DNA from: a bacterium
GTDB taxonomy: Bacteria > Hinthialibacterota > Hinthialibacteria > Hinthialibacterales > Hinthialibacteraceae
Assembly (NCBI GenBank): GCA_963662285.2
Contig: CAXXMV010000008.1
Location: 320,001 to 384,000, forward strand
Direction: 5' to 3'
Length of the DNA: 64,000 nt
Shown here piece by piece: positions 49,953-59,576 of the stretch. Numbering within the stretch: position 1 is the first letter of the stretch; every line of letters begins with the position of its first letter. A program made the translations under genes and the position numbers. The notes under the pieces are model-generated. The model was not told the origin of the DNA. It made no database searches and saw only the letters and a list, made by a program, of their open reading frames with translations.

Positions 49953-51250
49953 CTCCTATCGACTTCGGCATCCTAGGTTGCATCCTATTATTTATACTTC
50001 TTGTCAGCAGTATGCCGGTGGCCTTTGTAATGGCCATTACCGGAGCAATCGGATTCACCTTCATCGTCAATCCTCATGCAGCGCTGAGCATGATCACCAG
50101 CGACCTCTATGAGACCATGTCTTCTTACAGTCTGACAGTGATCCCCTTATTCGTATTCATGGGACAGTTGGCCTTTCACGCTGGAATAAGCCGACGGTTG
50201 TTCAACACCGCTTACACCTGGTTGGGCGCATTACCCGGTGGACTGGCTATGGCCACTATTGGCGCCTGCACTGCTTTCGGCGCAATCTGCGGTTCTGGTC
50301 CGGCCACCGCCGCCACTATGGCATCCGTCGCCATACCAGAAATGAAGCGCTATAAATACAGCATGGAATTAGCCAGCGGAGCGGTGGCGTCAGGCGGCGG
50401 CCTGGGAATGCTGATCCCCCCCAGCGTGGTCTTTATCGTATACGCCATCATGACCGAACAATCAGTAGGCAAGTTATTCATCGCCGGAATCATTCCCGGA
50501 ATATTGGTGGCGGTGCTCTTTTGTTTAACCATTTACATAAACTGCAAACGTCGACCCGAACTTGGACCCGCCGGACCCAAAACCACCTGGAAAGAAAAAT
50601 TCATCTCTCTAGGCGGCGTATCAGAAACCTTACTATTATTCATCCTGGTTATGGGCGGCATGTTCCAGGGATTTTTCACGCCGACCGAAGCGGCTGCTGT
50701 GGGAGCAGCGGGCAGCCTGATCATCGTGCTTATCCGTCGCAGCCTATCCTGGAACGCCCTGCTCAAATCACTCAAAGAGACTATCCGCACATCCTGCATG
50801 GTCATTATCATTGTGGCGGGCGCTATCATGTTCGGACGCTTTCTGGCGGTCACGCGCATCCCGTTTGAACTGGCCAACTGGCTAACCAGCCTTCCCCTTC
50901 CCGGTATGGTTATCATGGCTTTCATTATCCTATTCTATATAATTTGCGGCTGTTTTGTGGATGCTCTGGCTTTAATCCTTTTAACCATTCCCATCTTTTT
51001 CCCGGTGGTAGTGTCCTTAAATTATAATCCGATATGGTTTGGCGTTATAATTGTTATCGTAACCCAGATGGGAGTAATCTCACCTCCGGTTGGGGTAAAT
51101 GTCTATGTTGTTAGTGGAATCGAGCGGGATATCCCACTACAAACTGTTTTTAAGGGAACTATGCCATTTTTGCTTGCGCTAGTAGTAGCCGCCATTATTC
51201 TGGTTGCTTTTCCCCAATTATCCCTGTTCCTGCCGGGATTGGTGCAATAA
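49949..51250 (+). CDS. dctM: TRAP transporter large permease
   Basis: IPLFVFMG, GMLIPPS, FTPTEAAAVG and ISPPVG motifs. Confidence 0.95.
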   Translation: MTPIDFGILGCILLFILLVSSMPVAFVMAITGAIGFTFIVNPHAALSMITSDLYETMSSYSLTVIPLFVFMGQLAFHAGISRRLFNTAYTWLGALPGGLAMATIGACTAFGAICGSGPATAATMASVAIPEMKRYKYSMELASGAVASGGGLGMLIPPSVVFIVYAIMTEQSVGKLFIAGIIPGILVAVLFCLTIYINCKRRPELGPAGPKTTWKEKFISLGGVSETLLLFILVMGGMFQGFFTPTEAAAVGAAGSLIIVLIRRSLSWNALLKSLKETIRTSCMVIIIVAGAIMFGRFLAVTRIPFELANWLTSLPLPGMVIMAFIILFYIICGCFVDALALILLTIPIFFPVVVSLNYNPIWFGVIIVIVTQMGVISPPVGVNVYVVSGIERDIPLQTVFKGTMPFLLALVVAAIILVAFPQLSLFLPGLVQ

Positions 51251-51277
51251 AACCTGAAGCATCAAGGAGGAATATTA

Positions 51278-51781
51278 ATGCTAAACCTTGATATACAACT
51301 CCATCCATCACAACGTATATTATTCTGTACTGATTTCTCGGAAAATTCTCAATTGGCGTTCAAATACGCCATTGATGCCGCACAGCGCTTCCCCGGTTCC
51401 ACGCTTCATTTACTGCATGTTATTCCAGAAGTCGAAGCGCAGTTCTGGAAAACCTACATCTATGAAATCGATGGCATTGATGATAAAGCCAAACAGGATA
51501 TTAATGAGAAAATCACCACGGATTATCTTTCCCGCATCCCTCGGGATATTAAATCACAAGTAGAAGTCCGCATGGGAAAAGACTACCAGACTATTCTCGA
51601 ATACGCCGGGGAAATCGACTGCGACCTCATCATCATTGGACGCCAGGGTCAATCAAATTTCAAAAAAGTACTATTCGGAAATGTCACAGAAAAAGTAACC
51701 CGGCACGCCAAATGCCCCATACTGGTAATTCCATTAATCTATGAGACCAAACTGAAAACACAGCCCGACAAAACGAAATAG
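51278..51781 (+). CDS. Universal stress protein (TeaD-like context)
   Basis: ILFCTDFSENS, DLIIIG..G and LFGNVTEKV.RHAKCPILVI motifs. Confidence 0.92.
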   Translation: MLNLDIQLHPSQRILFCTDFSENSQLAFKYAIDAAQRFPGSTLHLLHVIPEVEAQFWKTYIYEIDGIDDKAKQDINEKITTDYLSRIPRDIKSQVEVRMGKDYQTILEYAGEIDCDLIIIGRQGQSNFKKVLFGNVTEKVTRHAKCPILVIPLIYETKLKTQPDKTK

Positions 51782-51819
51782 ACGCACTATACTATTACAA
51801 TAAATCTCGATCAATAAAG

Positions 51820-51859
51820 TCCCCTCTCCCACCACCGGGAGAGGGCTAGGGTGAAGGCG
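51820..51859. repeat. BoxC-like palindrome, subtype B
   Basis: tcccctctcccaccaccgggagagggctagggtgaaggcg. Confidence 0.75.
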
Positions 51860-51921
51860 AAGTAAAATAACTTCCCGACATACGCATTATCAGTTATTAG
51901 AATTTTATAAGGATAAAAAAA

Positions 51922-53421
51922 ATGCAGCGCTACGCCAATTATTCGTTAACAATCTTTTCCATGATCATTGTCTTAGTTTCATGCGCCATCATGCTTCCAG
52001 CAGCAGAACTTCCTATAGAAGCTTCTCACGACGTAATCGTGGTTGGCGCGGGTTCTTCGGGATTAACCTCCGCCTATTACCTCAAGGATTACGATGTCAA
52101 AATCCTGGAACGTAACGATTATACAGGCGGCAGTACCATGTCAGCTGTTTATGAAGACATCTCCTATCCCATCGGCGTGGCGAAAACAACATTGTCCACT
52201 CTTTTGCTGGAGATTGCTGGTGATTTAGGATTACATCCAATTCCTATCCCAAACCACGACATTTCTTTCTTCAACGATGGAACTATTTATTATGGTTTAG
52301 AAGGTCTCATGACGACCTTTATTGAAGAGGGAGGCCTGGAAGAGTGGGGACGTTTTTATGTGACATCGAAGGCAGCATATTTTTTGAATTACTATTCTAA
52401 CCCTGAAACAGCTGAATTGGATCAGATTACCGCCAAACAGTGGTTTGACAATGAGCAATTCGCTCCCCTGTTCTACAAGGTATACGATGCCAAAGCCCGT
52501 CTATTGTTTGGCGCCGGGTTGGAGGAGGTTTCAGCATTAAGCCTGTTACCAATTATATTTCAAGACGCCGATTCGTTACCGATTGGTTTGGGTGCGGATG
52601 ACATAAATAATGATCCCATCAGTGAATCAGAATCCGCAACGTATTTCACTTTCCCATCAGGAATGACGGAATACACCAACGCCATTGCCGAAGCGCTGAG
52701 CGATAAAATCCAACTCAATTCAAACGTCGAATCAATTACCAAAGATGGCGAGTGGATGAGGGTAATCTACAGCGATCCTGATGGGACGCAGCATGCGCTG
52801 CAATCGCGTGCGGTTATTCTCGCTATTCCGGCATATATCGTCGGTTATCTGGCGCCGGAAATATTAAGTGAAGAACAAAAAACACTGCTCAATCAGATTG
52901 AGTATTCTTCATATTGTATTGTCTCTCTTTTTGGCGATGAACCAATCTTTGGAGACGCCTTTGATCTTCAGTTTACTGATGGAATGTTGGTCACCGATCT
53001 GATCGACCAGACCTGGGCGTTGCGAAAAAATGAAATAATGCCGGAAGGTTCTGATGTACAGATATATAGCGCCATTATTGCGCCAACCAGTTATCAGGAT
53101 CAAAGTTTCAAGGAACTAACCCAGGAAGAACTTATCGAAAAAGTTTATACCGATCTGGAAACATTTGACCCAGATGTACGAACCAAAGTAGATGAATACC
53201 GTGTAGATTGGTTCTCCAGTGGGGCGCCCGTCATGACGGTTGGCGCCCGCCAACGGCTGGCGCGCTTGCAGGAAATCACCAATGGTTCATTGGCGCTTTG
53301 CGGGTCATACATGATTTATCCCGACTTCAACGCAACAATCACATCAGGCTACAACGCCGCGCAGCAGACAATCCGGGTAATCAAAGGTCAATCGGCTATC
53401 GAGTTTTTTGAACTTTATTGA
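51922..53421 (+). CDS. Secreted flavin-containing amine oxidase-like protein with C-terminal tail SAIEFFELY
   Basis: Sec-like signal peptide; VIVVGAGSSG, LER..TGG, P.GM, VILAIP and ATITSGYNAA motifs. Confidence 0.82.
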   Translation: MQRYANYSLTIFSMIIVLVSCAIMLPAAELPIEASHDVIVVGAGSSGLTSAYYLKDYDVKILERNDYTGGSTMSAVYEDISYPIGVAKTTLSTLLLEIAGDLGLHPIPIPNHDISFFNDGTIYYGLEGLMTTFIEEGGLEEWGRFYVTSKAAYFLNYYSNPETAELDQITAKQWFDNEQFAPLFYKVYDAKARLLFGAGLEEVSALSLLPIIFQDADSLPIGLGADDINNDPISESESATYFTFPSGMTEYTNAIAEALSDKIQLNSNVESITKDGEWMRVIYSDPDGTQHALQSRAVILAIPAYIVGYLAPEILSEEQKTLLNQIEYSSYCIVSLFGDEPIFGDAFDLQFTDGMLVTDLIDQTWALRKNEIMPEGSDVQIYSAIIAPTSYQDQSFKELTQEELIEKVYTDLETFDPDVRTKVDEYRVDWFSSGAPVMTVGARQRLARLQEITNGSLALCGSYMIYPDFNATITSGYNAAQQTIRVIKGQSAIEFFELY

Positions 53422-54017
53422 TTCGTATTATCAACTGAATACACGGCTAACAACTCACGCTCATTGGCGATGGGTTGAATAATCTGGAAGCCGTATTCAT
53501 CAAGCAGGTTTCGAAAGGATTCTACGGTAAAGCGTTGATCGCAGGGATTATCCTGCACGCGGGTAAGTATCCTTCCCGCCCACCGGATAGGCGCCAGAGA
53601 ACTCTGCGCCACATTGCGCACCGGCTCGGTAAGAATAACCATTTTACGCGCCGCGCTAATCATGCGGTTCAGGATATCTCTTTCATGAGGGATGAACTGA
53701 TATAAGGCGCTCATCATAACAACGCAATCAACCGTAGGTGGACATTCTGAACGGATATCCAAATGCCGCATGGGGATACTGCGTTTCTCCGCCCAGCGCA
53801 TAAAACGTGGATTTATATCATAGGCTGTATAATCAATATTCATATCGCTTAATCCATAGCGATACAACGAACAATCCCCCGCGCAGATATCAGCAACGCT
53901 GCTACCATTGGGGATATGCCGTGTTGCATCATGGATGCGCTCTTCATAGCATCCACTATACAGCCGCCGCATCACCCGCTCGTAAATCCAGGGATGAAAA
54001 TAGATCGGACTGGTCAT
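53415..54017 (-). CDS. Class I SAM-dependent methyltransferase
   Basis: VADICAG, YDINP and VILTEP motifs. Confidence 0.8.
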   Translation of the reverse strand: MTSPIYFHPWIYERVMRRLYSGCYEERIHDATRHIPNGSSVADICAGDCSLYRYGLSDMNIDYTAYDINPRFMRWAEKRSIPMRHLDIRSECPPTVDCVVMMSALYQFIPHERDILNRMISAARKMVILTEPVRNVAQSSLAPIRWAGRILTRVQDNPCDQRFTVESFRNLLDEYGFQIIQPIANERELLAVYSVDNTNQ

Positions 54018-54022
54018 TATCC

Positions 54023-54751
54023 CTACCGCCTTTTTCTGCGGGAACGGAATTTCAATAGTTCAATGAAATAGATTATACTATCCCGAATCGGCTTGACCGT
54101 AGTGGTTCGTTCAGGACGACGCAGAAACAATGCAGGAATTTCTTTAATTTTTAATCCATGATCGTGACACAGCGACATAATTTCCGTATCCCAGAACCAA
54201 CCGGGACTATGGCAATCATCCAACACCGGAAGAATCTTCTCCCGGTTAAAGAATTTGTAACCTGTCTCCGTATCGCGGTAGGGCAAATGAAGCATCATGC
54301 GCATCAGCAACCTATACCCAACACTGAGAATATGCCGGAAGAATAATCCTGGATTACAACGGATTTCATAAAACCGATGCGCAGTGGCGCCGTCATATCC
54401 CTCATCCAACGCCTGAATCATGGCTGGGATATAACGGCAATGAACCTCCAGATCGATATCGAGAAAGCCAACATATTGGCCTTTGGCGATGCGCATACCT
54501 TCTGTTACCGTAGCGCCGCGTCCCGCATTTTTCTGATGCAAAACACAGCGGGCATTGGCTCGTTTATCAGCCTCCCGCTTTACGATTTCTGCGCTTCCGT
54601 CGGGACTGCAATCATCAATTATAATCAATTCATAATTATAACGCATCTGCGCCATAACCAGTTCGATTTCACGAAGGCTGTCTTCCAGATAGGCGCCATC
54701 GTTATAACAAGCGATGACTAAGGAAATATCTAATGGAGTAGTTTCGTTCAT
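54023..54751 (-). CDS. GT2 glycosyltransferase
   Basis: VIACYND, IDDCSPD, NAGRG, FLDIDLE and DTETGYK motifs. Confidence 0.9.
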   Translation of the reverse strand: MNETTPLDISLVIACYNDGAYLEDSLREIELVMAQMRYNYELIIIDDCSPDGSAEIVKREADKRANARCVLHQKNAGRGATVTEGMRIAKGQYVGFLDIDLEVHCRYIPAMIQALDEGYDGATAHRFYEIRCNPGLFFRHILSVGYRLLMRMMLHLPYRDTETGYKFFNREKILPVLDDCHSPGWFWDTEIMSLCHDHGLKIKEIPALFLRRPERTTTVKPIRDSIIYFIELLKFRSRRKRR

Positions 54752-54805
54752 AATTATGATGGAGTATACAAGAAAGGAGTTAATGACTGAATCGATACAG
54801 AAGAA

Positions 54806-56071
54806 TCAAGCGGGGTTTTTCTCTTCAATCGAAGCCATGCAGGGCAGATACAACACTCCCCGCAAGCCATATCCCTTCTTACCGGGATTCACTAAAAAGG
54901 GACACATCTCCAGGCACAGGTCAAATCCTTCATAAAAGTTAAATGCCGAACCAGGCCCCTCTTCGCGTTGGGTAATGCCAAAATTGAGGCTGTATGCGCC
55001 TTCCAGCAGGTTTAATGCTTCAATCTCGAAAGTTGTAGTCCCCTGCCCCTCGATTGATTCCACATCGCCCACCGTCACATCTGTCGCCACCGTATAAACC
55101 GGATCGCCCGCATCACTGATAATCGACACTCCGAAAATTGGATATGCAATAGGTCTCTTGGCAGCCCAGTCAAATTCAATGCGAACCGGCTCGCCGGTTT
55201 CATACAGATAACGTTCCTGGCCGCTGGAGTCTATCATTCGCATTGCAATAAAACGGATATCAAATTTCCCGAAGCGGTTCCGTTTTACAATTTCAGCGGA
55301 CGGCGTCTCCCCCCGCCGCAACGATTCCTTAAATTGCAATTGTTTGTACTGGCCGATCATCTCATAGGGCGAACCATCGCCAATGGTCTTTCCCTTATTC
55401 AAAAGGATGGCGCGGTCGCACAGAGTCAGGATGGAATCCAGATCATGACTGACCAGAATAATCGTCTTACCTGAGTTGCGCAGCCACCTGATATGTTCTT
55501 TACACTTGCGTTGAAAACGCTGATCTCCAACCGCCAGAATTTCGTCGATCAACAAGATATCTGGCTGAACATGGATGCCAATAGAGAAACCTAGTCGCAG
55601 AAACATCCCTGATGAATAATGTTTGACCGGAGCATCGATAAACTCTTCCAGTTCGCTGAACGCGATAATTTCCGGCATACGCTGGTGCAATTCATCTTTG
55701 GAGATTCCCAATAAGGCGCCGGATAGATAAACATTCTCACGCCCCGTCATATCGGGATGAAATCCAACTCCAACTTCGAGCAGACTAGAGACTGTTCCAT
55801 TGACCGACAACGTACCCCCGGTTGGTTGGGTGATGCCAGCCAAGAGCTTCAACAAAGTGCTCTTGCCGGAACCGTTGTCGCCTATCAAGCCCACAATCTC
55901 GCCGGTATGAATAACCATATCAATGCAACTAAGCGCCTCCACTGCAGTGGTGGTCTGCTTACCCCGTCCTCCGCGCAATAACTTTTCCTTGAAAGTTGTT
56001 GACTGCTCAGAAGAGAGAGAATAATTCTTGGATAGATTGCTGCACTGTATAGCGACGGAATTGGTATTCAT
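54806..56071 (-). CDS. wzt: Polysaccharide export ABC ATPase with C-terminal carbohydrate-binding domain
   Basis: GDNGSGKST, YSSGM.LRLGF, IDEILAVGD and VSHD; Wzt_C-like C-terminus; likely start ATG 56071. Confidence 0.9.
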   Translation of the reverse strand: MNTNSVAIQCSNLSKNYSLSSEQSTTFKEKLLRGGRGKQTTTAVEALSCIDMVIHTGEIVGLIGDNGSGKSTLLKLLAGITQPTGGTLSVNGTVSSLLEVGVGFHPDMTGRENVYLSGALLGISKDELHQRMPEIIAFSELEEFIDAPVKHYSSGMFLRLGFSIGIHVQPDILLIDEILAVGDQRFQRKCKEHIRWLRNSGKTIILVSHDLDSILTLCDRAILLNKGKTIGDGSPYEMIGQYKQLQFKESLRRGETPSAEIVKRNRFGKFDIRFIAMRMIDSSGQERYLYETGEPVRIEFDWAAKRPIAYPIFGVSIISDAGDPVYTVATDVTVGDVESIEGQGTTTFEIEALNLLEGAYSLNFGITQREEGPGSAFNFYEGFDLCLEMCPFLVNPGKKGYGLRGVLYLPCMASIEEKNPA

Positions 56072-56073
56072 GG

Positions 56074-57547
56074 TTATCTCATACAACGCTTACGGGCGGC
56101 TTTGATTTGCCCGGTCCGGTCATTCAACCAGCGCCTAACATTTTCAGCCTTCCGCTTCAGCGATCCAATGTGACGTTTAAGTTGTTTTGGATTTGGCGAA
56201 CCAATGTGATCACGGGACAACAGGCACTGGATGGGATCATTAAGTTTCTTGAATTCAGCCTCAGATAAAAGTTTGACCTTATTATTCTTTAACACGCCGT
56301 TCAGTTCATCCAGAGTAAAATATTTCTGCGAACTTTCGCCCACCGCTTCAGACATGACGGTATAGGTCTTGCGGAAAGGCAGGTCGCGCGTCCGCGCCAG
56401 AAAATCGGCGATATCCACGGCATTAAGAAAACCGGTTTGCGCAGCCTCTTGCATAGCCTCACAGTTAACCTTAATCGATTGGACTACATTAGACAGAATA
56501 TCCGCAGAACCTCCGGCTTCGCGCACCGCGTCCATAAACAAGTATTTGGACCACTGCACATCCTTGTTGTATCCCGATAGGTTCGAGCCATCAATAGACA
56601 TAAGCGCTTGCGCCATACCCATTACCACATGCGACTTGCCTTTGATGGCTTCAGCGAAGTCAGGGTTGCGTTTCTGGGGCATGATCGAACTGCCGGTTGT
56701 AAAATCAGCCGGTAAAGATTAAAAAACCGAATTCATCGGTTGAGAACAGAATTATATCCTGAGAGAATCCCGACAGACGTTTCAATAGAAACGCCGCCGC
56801 CTGAATAATTTCCGCTTCAGCCTCGCCGCGTGATGCCACCGCATCCAGGGTGTTTTCCTGAACGGCGTCGAAAGCCAATAGTTCGGCGGTTAATTTCCGG
56901 TCCAAAGGCCAGGTCGTTCCATAGGATGCCGCTGCGCCGAGTGGGCAGGTGTTGATGCGTTTATAAAGGTCGACGAACCGTTGAATATCACGCAACACGC
57001 CCTGAGCGTAAGCAGCGCACCAATGACCCCACGAAGCCATGGTCGCCTTGCGGTGATGAGTATATCCCGGCATTACTGAATCGGCGTGATGCAAAGCATG
57101 ATCCATCAATGATTGAAGCAACGCCAGGCTTTCACGTACGAAACTGAGCGCAGCCTCCCGCGCATATAGTTTCATATCAGCAGCCACCTGATCATTACGG
57201 CTGCGTCCTGAATGAAGGCGTCCACCGATTTTTTCACCGCATATTTGAGATACACGGGATTCGATATTGATATGGACGTCTTCCAAATTGGGATCAAGGC
57301 GCCATTGGCCTTTTTCCCATTCACTCTCGATGCGGTTGAGAGCCTGAATAATTTTCTGACATTCGCTCTTCGAATAAACGCCGATAGCCTGCAAGCCGAT
57401 GGCATGGGCGCGGTTGGTCCACAGGTCGTAGGGAATCAATGCATCATCCGCTTCCGGCAGAGCTACCACATCACGCCCGGCGGAAAATGCCACAAACTCT
57501 TCGCGCGGATTTCCCTTGGATTTACTAAACCATACAGGTTTTTCCAT
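56074..57547 (-). pseudogene. argH: Argininosuccinate lyase split by a +1 frameshift (possible sequencing error)
   Basis: EDVH, HSGRSRNDQ and MPGYTH in the 5' ORF. Removing one base near 56714-56720 restores GFL(I/S)LPADFTTGSSIMPQKRNPD. Confidence 0.9.
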
Positions 57548-57608
57548 AATAATAACCTCTGATATCCTGACCGGCCTTTTACTTAATAGGCGACGAGAAT
57601 CCTATCTT

Positions 57609-58721
57609 CTATTCATCCCATAAACGCAATTGTAAATCGTCTTTTGGATTCTGGTCAATTTTTTCGACTTTTTCTTCAAATCCCGCTGAACGCACTCCTA
57701 ACAGGCGCACTCGCCTACCATTCAACGAAAGTACATGAAGAAGTTGCAGCGCGGCGTCAGAAATTTCCTGAGCGTCATCAGTGCGATGCTCGAGGGTTGT
57801 AGTACGCGTCGCAGTCTTAAAATCATGAAACTTAACTTTGATGCTGATATTGCGCCCTCGCAATCCTTTCTTTTTAAGCAGTTGAGACACATCATCAGCC
57901 AGTGACTGGATTATCGTCTCCATACGGTCCATGCTGGATATATCTTGTGGAAAGGTTTGCTCCTGCGATAGAGACTTTCTGACGCGATCAACCGTAACGG
58001 GATTATGATATATGCCACGGGCCAATTGATAAAGCCGCTCGCCATGCTTGCTTCCCAAAGCGCTCTGCAAAGATTGTTGAGTAAATCCACGCAATTGACT
58101 GATTGTTTCAATGCGAAGTTGCTGCAAGCGTTGTTCGGTTTTTTCACCCACACCAGGGATAAGCCGCACGGGAAGCGGGGCCAGAAAATCCATCGCCTCA
58201 TCCGGATGGATAATGCAAAATCCATCCGGTTTATTAAAATCTGAGGCTATCTTGGCGAGAAACTTGTTCGGTCCGATTCCCACCGACGCCACCAGTTCAG
58301 TACGGTCTTTAATCTTCTCTTTAATTCGATGGCCGATTCTTATCGATTCCTCAAAAACTGAAATTTCCTGGCTGACGTCCAAATAAGCTTCATCCAGGGA
58401 AACTGGTTCGATTATGTCGGTATATTCCAGAAAAACGCCGCGGATAATATCCGACGCTTTGCGGTATTCCGTAAAATGAGGCGGTTGCCGAATGGCGTCA
58501 GAGCATAATCGAAGCGCCCGCGACATCGGCATAGCCGACCGTATGCCAAACTTACGCGCTTCGTATGATGCGGCGGCCACTACGCCCCGCTCTTCCGGGC
58601 GGCCTCCAACTACTACAGGCTTGCCGCGCAGCGAGGGATTATCGCGCTGCTCGACCGACGCATAAAAAGCGTCCATATCCACATGAAGTATGATTCTTTG
58701 CGTATTCACCGTCACCAACAT
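57609..58721 (-). CDS. dinB: DNA polymerase IV
   Basis: HVDMDAFYASVE, ASYEAR, SLDEAYLD and KIASD..KPDG; C-terminal clamp-binding-like QLRLW. Confidence 0.96.
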   Translation of the reverse strand: MLVTVNTQRIILHVDMDAFYASVEQRDNPSLRGKPVVVGGRPEERGVVAAASYEARKFGIRSAMPMSRALRLCSDAIRQPPHFTEYRKASDIIRGVFLEYTDIIEPVSLDEAYLDVSQEISVFEESIRIGHRIKEKIKDRTELVASVGIGPNKFLAKIASDFNKPDGFCIIHPDEAMDFLAPLPVRLIPGVGEKTEQRLQQLRIETISQLRGFTQQSLQSALGSKHGERLYQLARGIYHNPVTVDRVRKSLSQEQTFPQDISSMDRMETIIQSLADDVSQLLKKKGLRGRNISIKVKFHDFKTATRTTTLEHRTDDAQEISDAALQLLHVLSLNGRRVRLLGVRSAGFEEKVEKIDQNPKDDLQLRLWDE

Positions 58722-58769
58722 TATTTATTCGCAAAACCATTTCAATATCGCGGGCGACGTATTCTCTTT

Positions 58770-59291
58770 TTATTCCGAATCATATTCTACAAGGGAATGA
58801 ACCGTCGCAGGCTTGATCTTCTCAGCGCCATTCAAAAAAGTGAGTTCCACGACAAACGAAACGCCTTCGATGCTGCAATTGAAATTATCAAGTAGTTTTA
58901 TAGTGGCATCCACTGTTCCGCCGGTTGCAAGCAGATCATCGACCACAATAACATTGTCGCCATCTTCAACCGCATCTTTATGAATTTCAATTGTATCTGT
59001 CCCATACTCCAATTCGTATGTATGAGAATATGTATCAGCCGGCAGTTTATTGGGTTTGCGAACAATCACCATTCCAGCGCCTAAGCGTAACGCCATGGGA
59101 GCGCCAAAGATGAAACCGCGTGATTCGATGCACACCACTTTATCGATCTTCTTGCCTTCATAAGGCTTGAGCATCTGCTCGATAGTCCACTCAAAGGCAT
59201 CCGGCTTATTGATCAAAGTTGTAATATCAATAAAATTGATTCCTGGTTTAGGGAAACCCGGCACTTGGCGTAATACTGATTTAATATCCAT
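58770..59291 (-). CDS. apt: Adenine phosphoribosyltransferase
   Basis: FPKPGI.FIDIT, ESRGF, YELEYG and VDDLLATGGT; start ATG 59291. Confidence 0.96.
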   Translation of the reverse strand: MDIKSVLRQVPGFPKPGINFIDITTLINKPDAFEWTIEQMLKPYEGKKIDKVVCIESRGFIFGAPMALRLGAGMVIVRKPNKLPADTYSHTYELEYGTDTIEIHKDAVEDGDNVIVVDDLLATGGTVDATIKLLDNFNCSIEGVSFVVELTFLNGAEKIKPATVHSLVEYDSE

Positions 59292-59536
59292 GAAAATTCC
59301 TTTCAAAATGAAATTAACTAAAGCGACTCTCAAAACCACGCGCCTTTCAGCGCTTTTACTGCGTATAATTTTTGACAAAGGCTCTAAAAATAATTCTTGC
59401 GCTGTCTTTATAACGCAAAAACATTGATTTTATGATTGTCTCGTGAAATTGGATAAATATCAATATCTCGAACAGTTGGTTTTAAATATTCATGATACAT
59501 TTGTTATGTTTTAACATTGATATGCTTCATAATTGC

Positions 59537-59565
59537 TTGACAGAACCGCCAGTCAAAGGTAACGT
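59537..59565 (+). promoter_or_regulatory. Sigma70 promoter, near-leaderless transcript
   Basis: TTGACA-17 bp-TAACGT, ending 11 nt before ATG 59577; no obvious SD sequence. Confidence 0.55.
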
Positions 59566-59576
59566 CCGGTTGTATT

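Noticed and set aside
48503-56709. Selenocysteine or readthrough at the premature TGA codons in dctP and argH
   Set aside because: The conserved protein continues in a different frame in both cases, so these are frameshifts.
57609-57635. DinB C-terminal QLRLWDE as a sorting tail
   Set aside because: Cytoplasmic protein; this matches the known beta-clamp binding motif.
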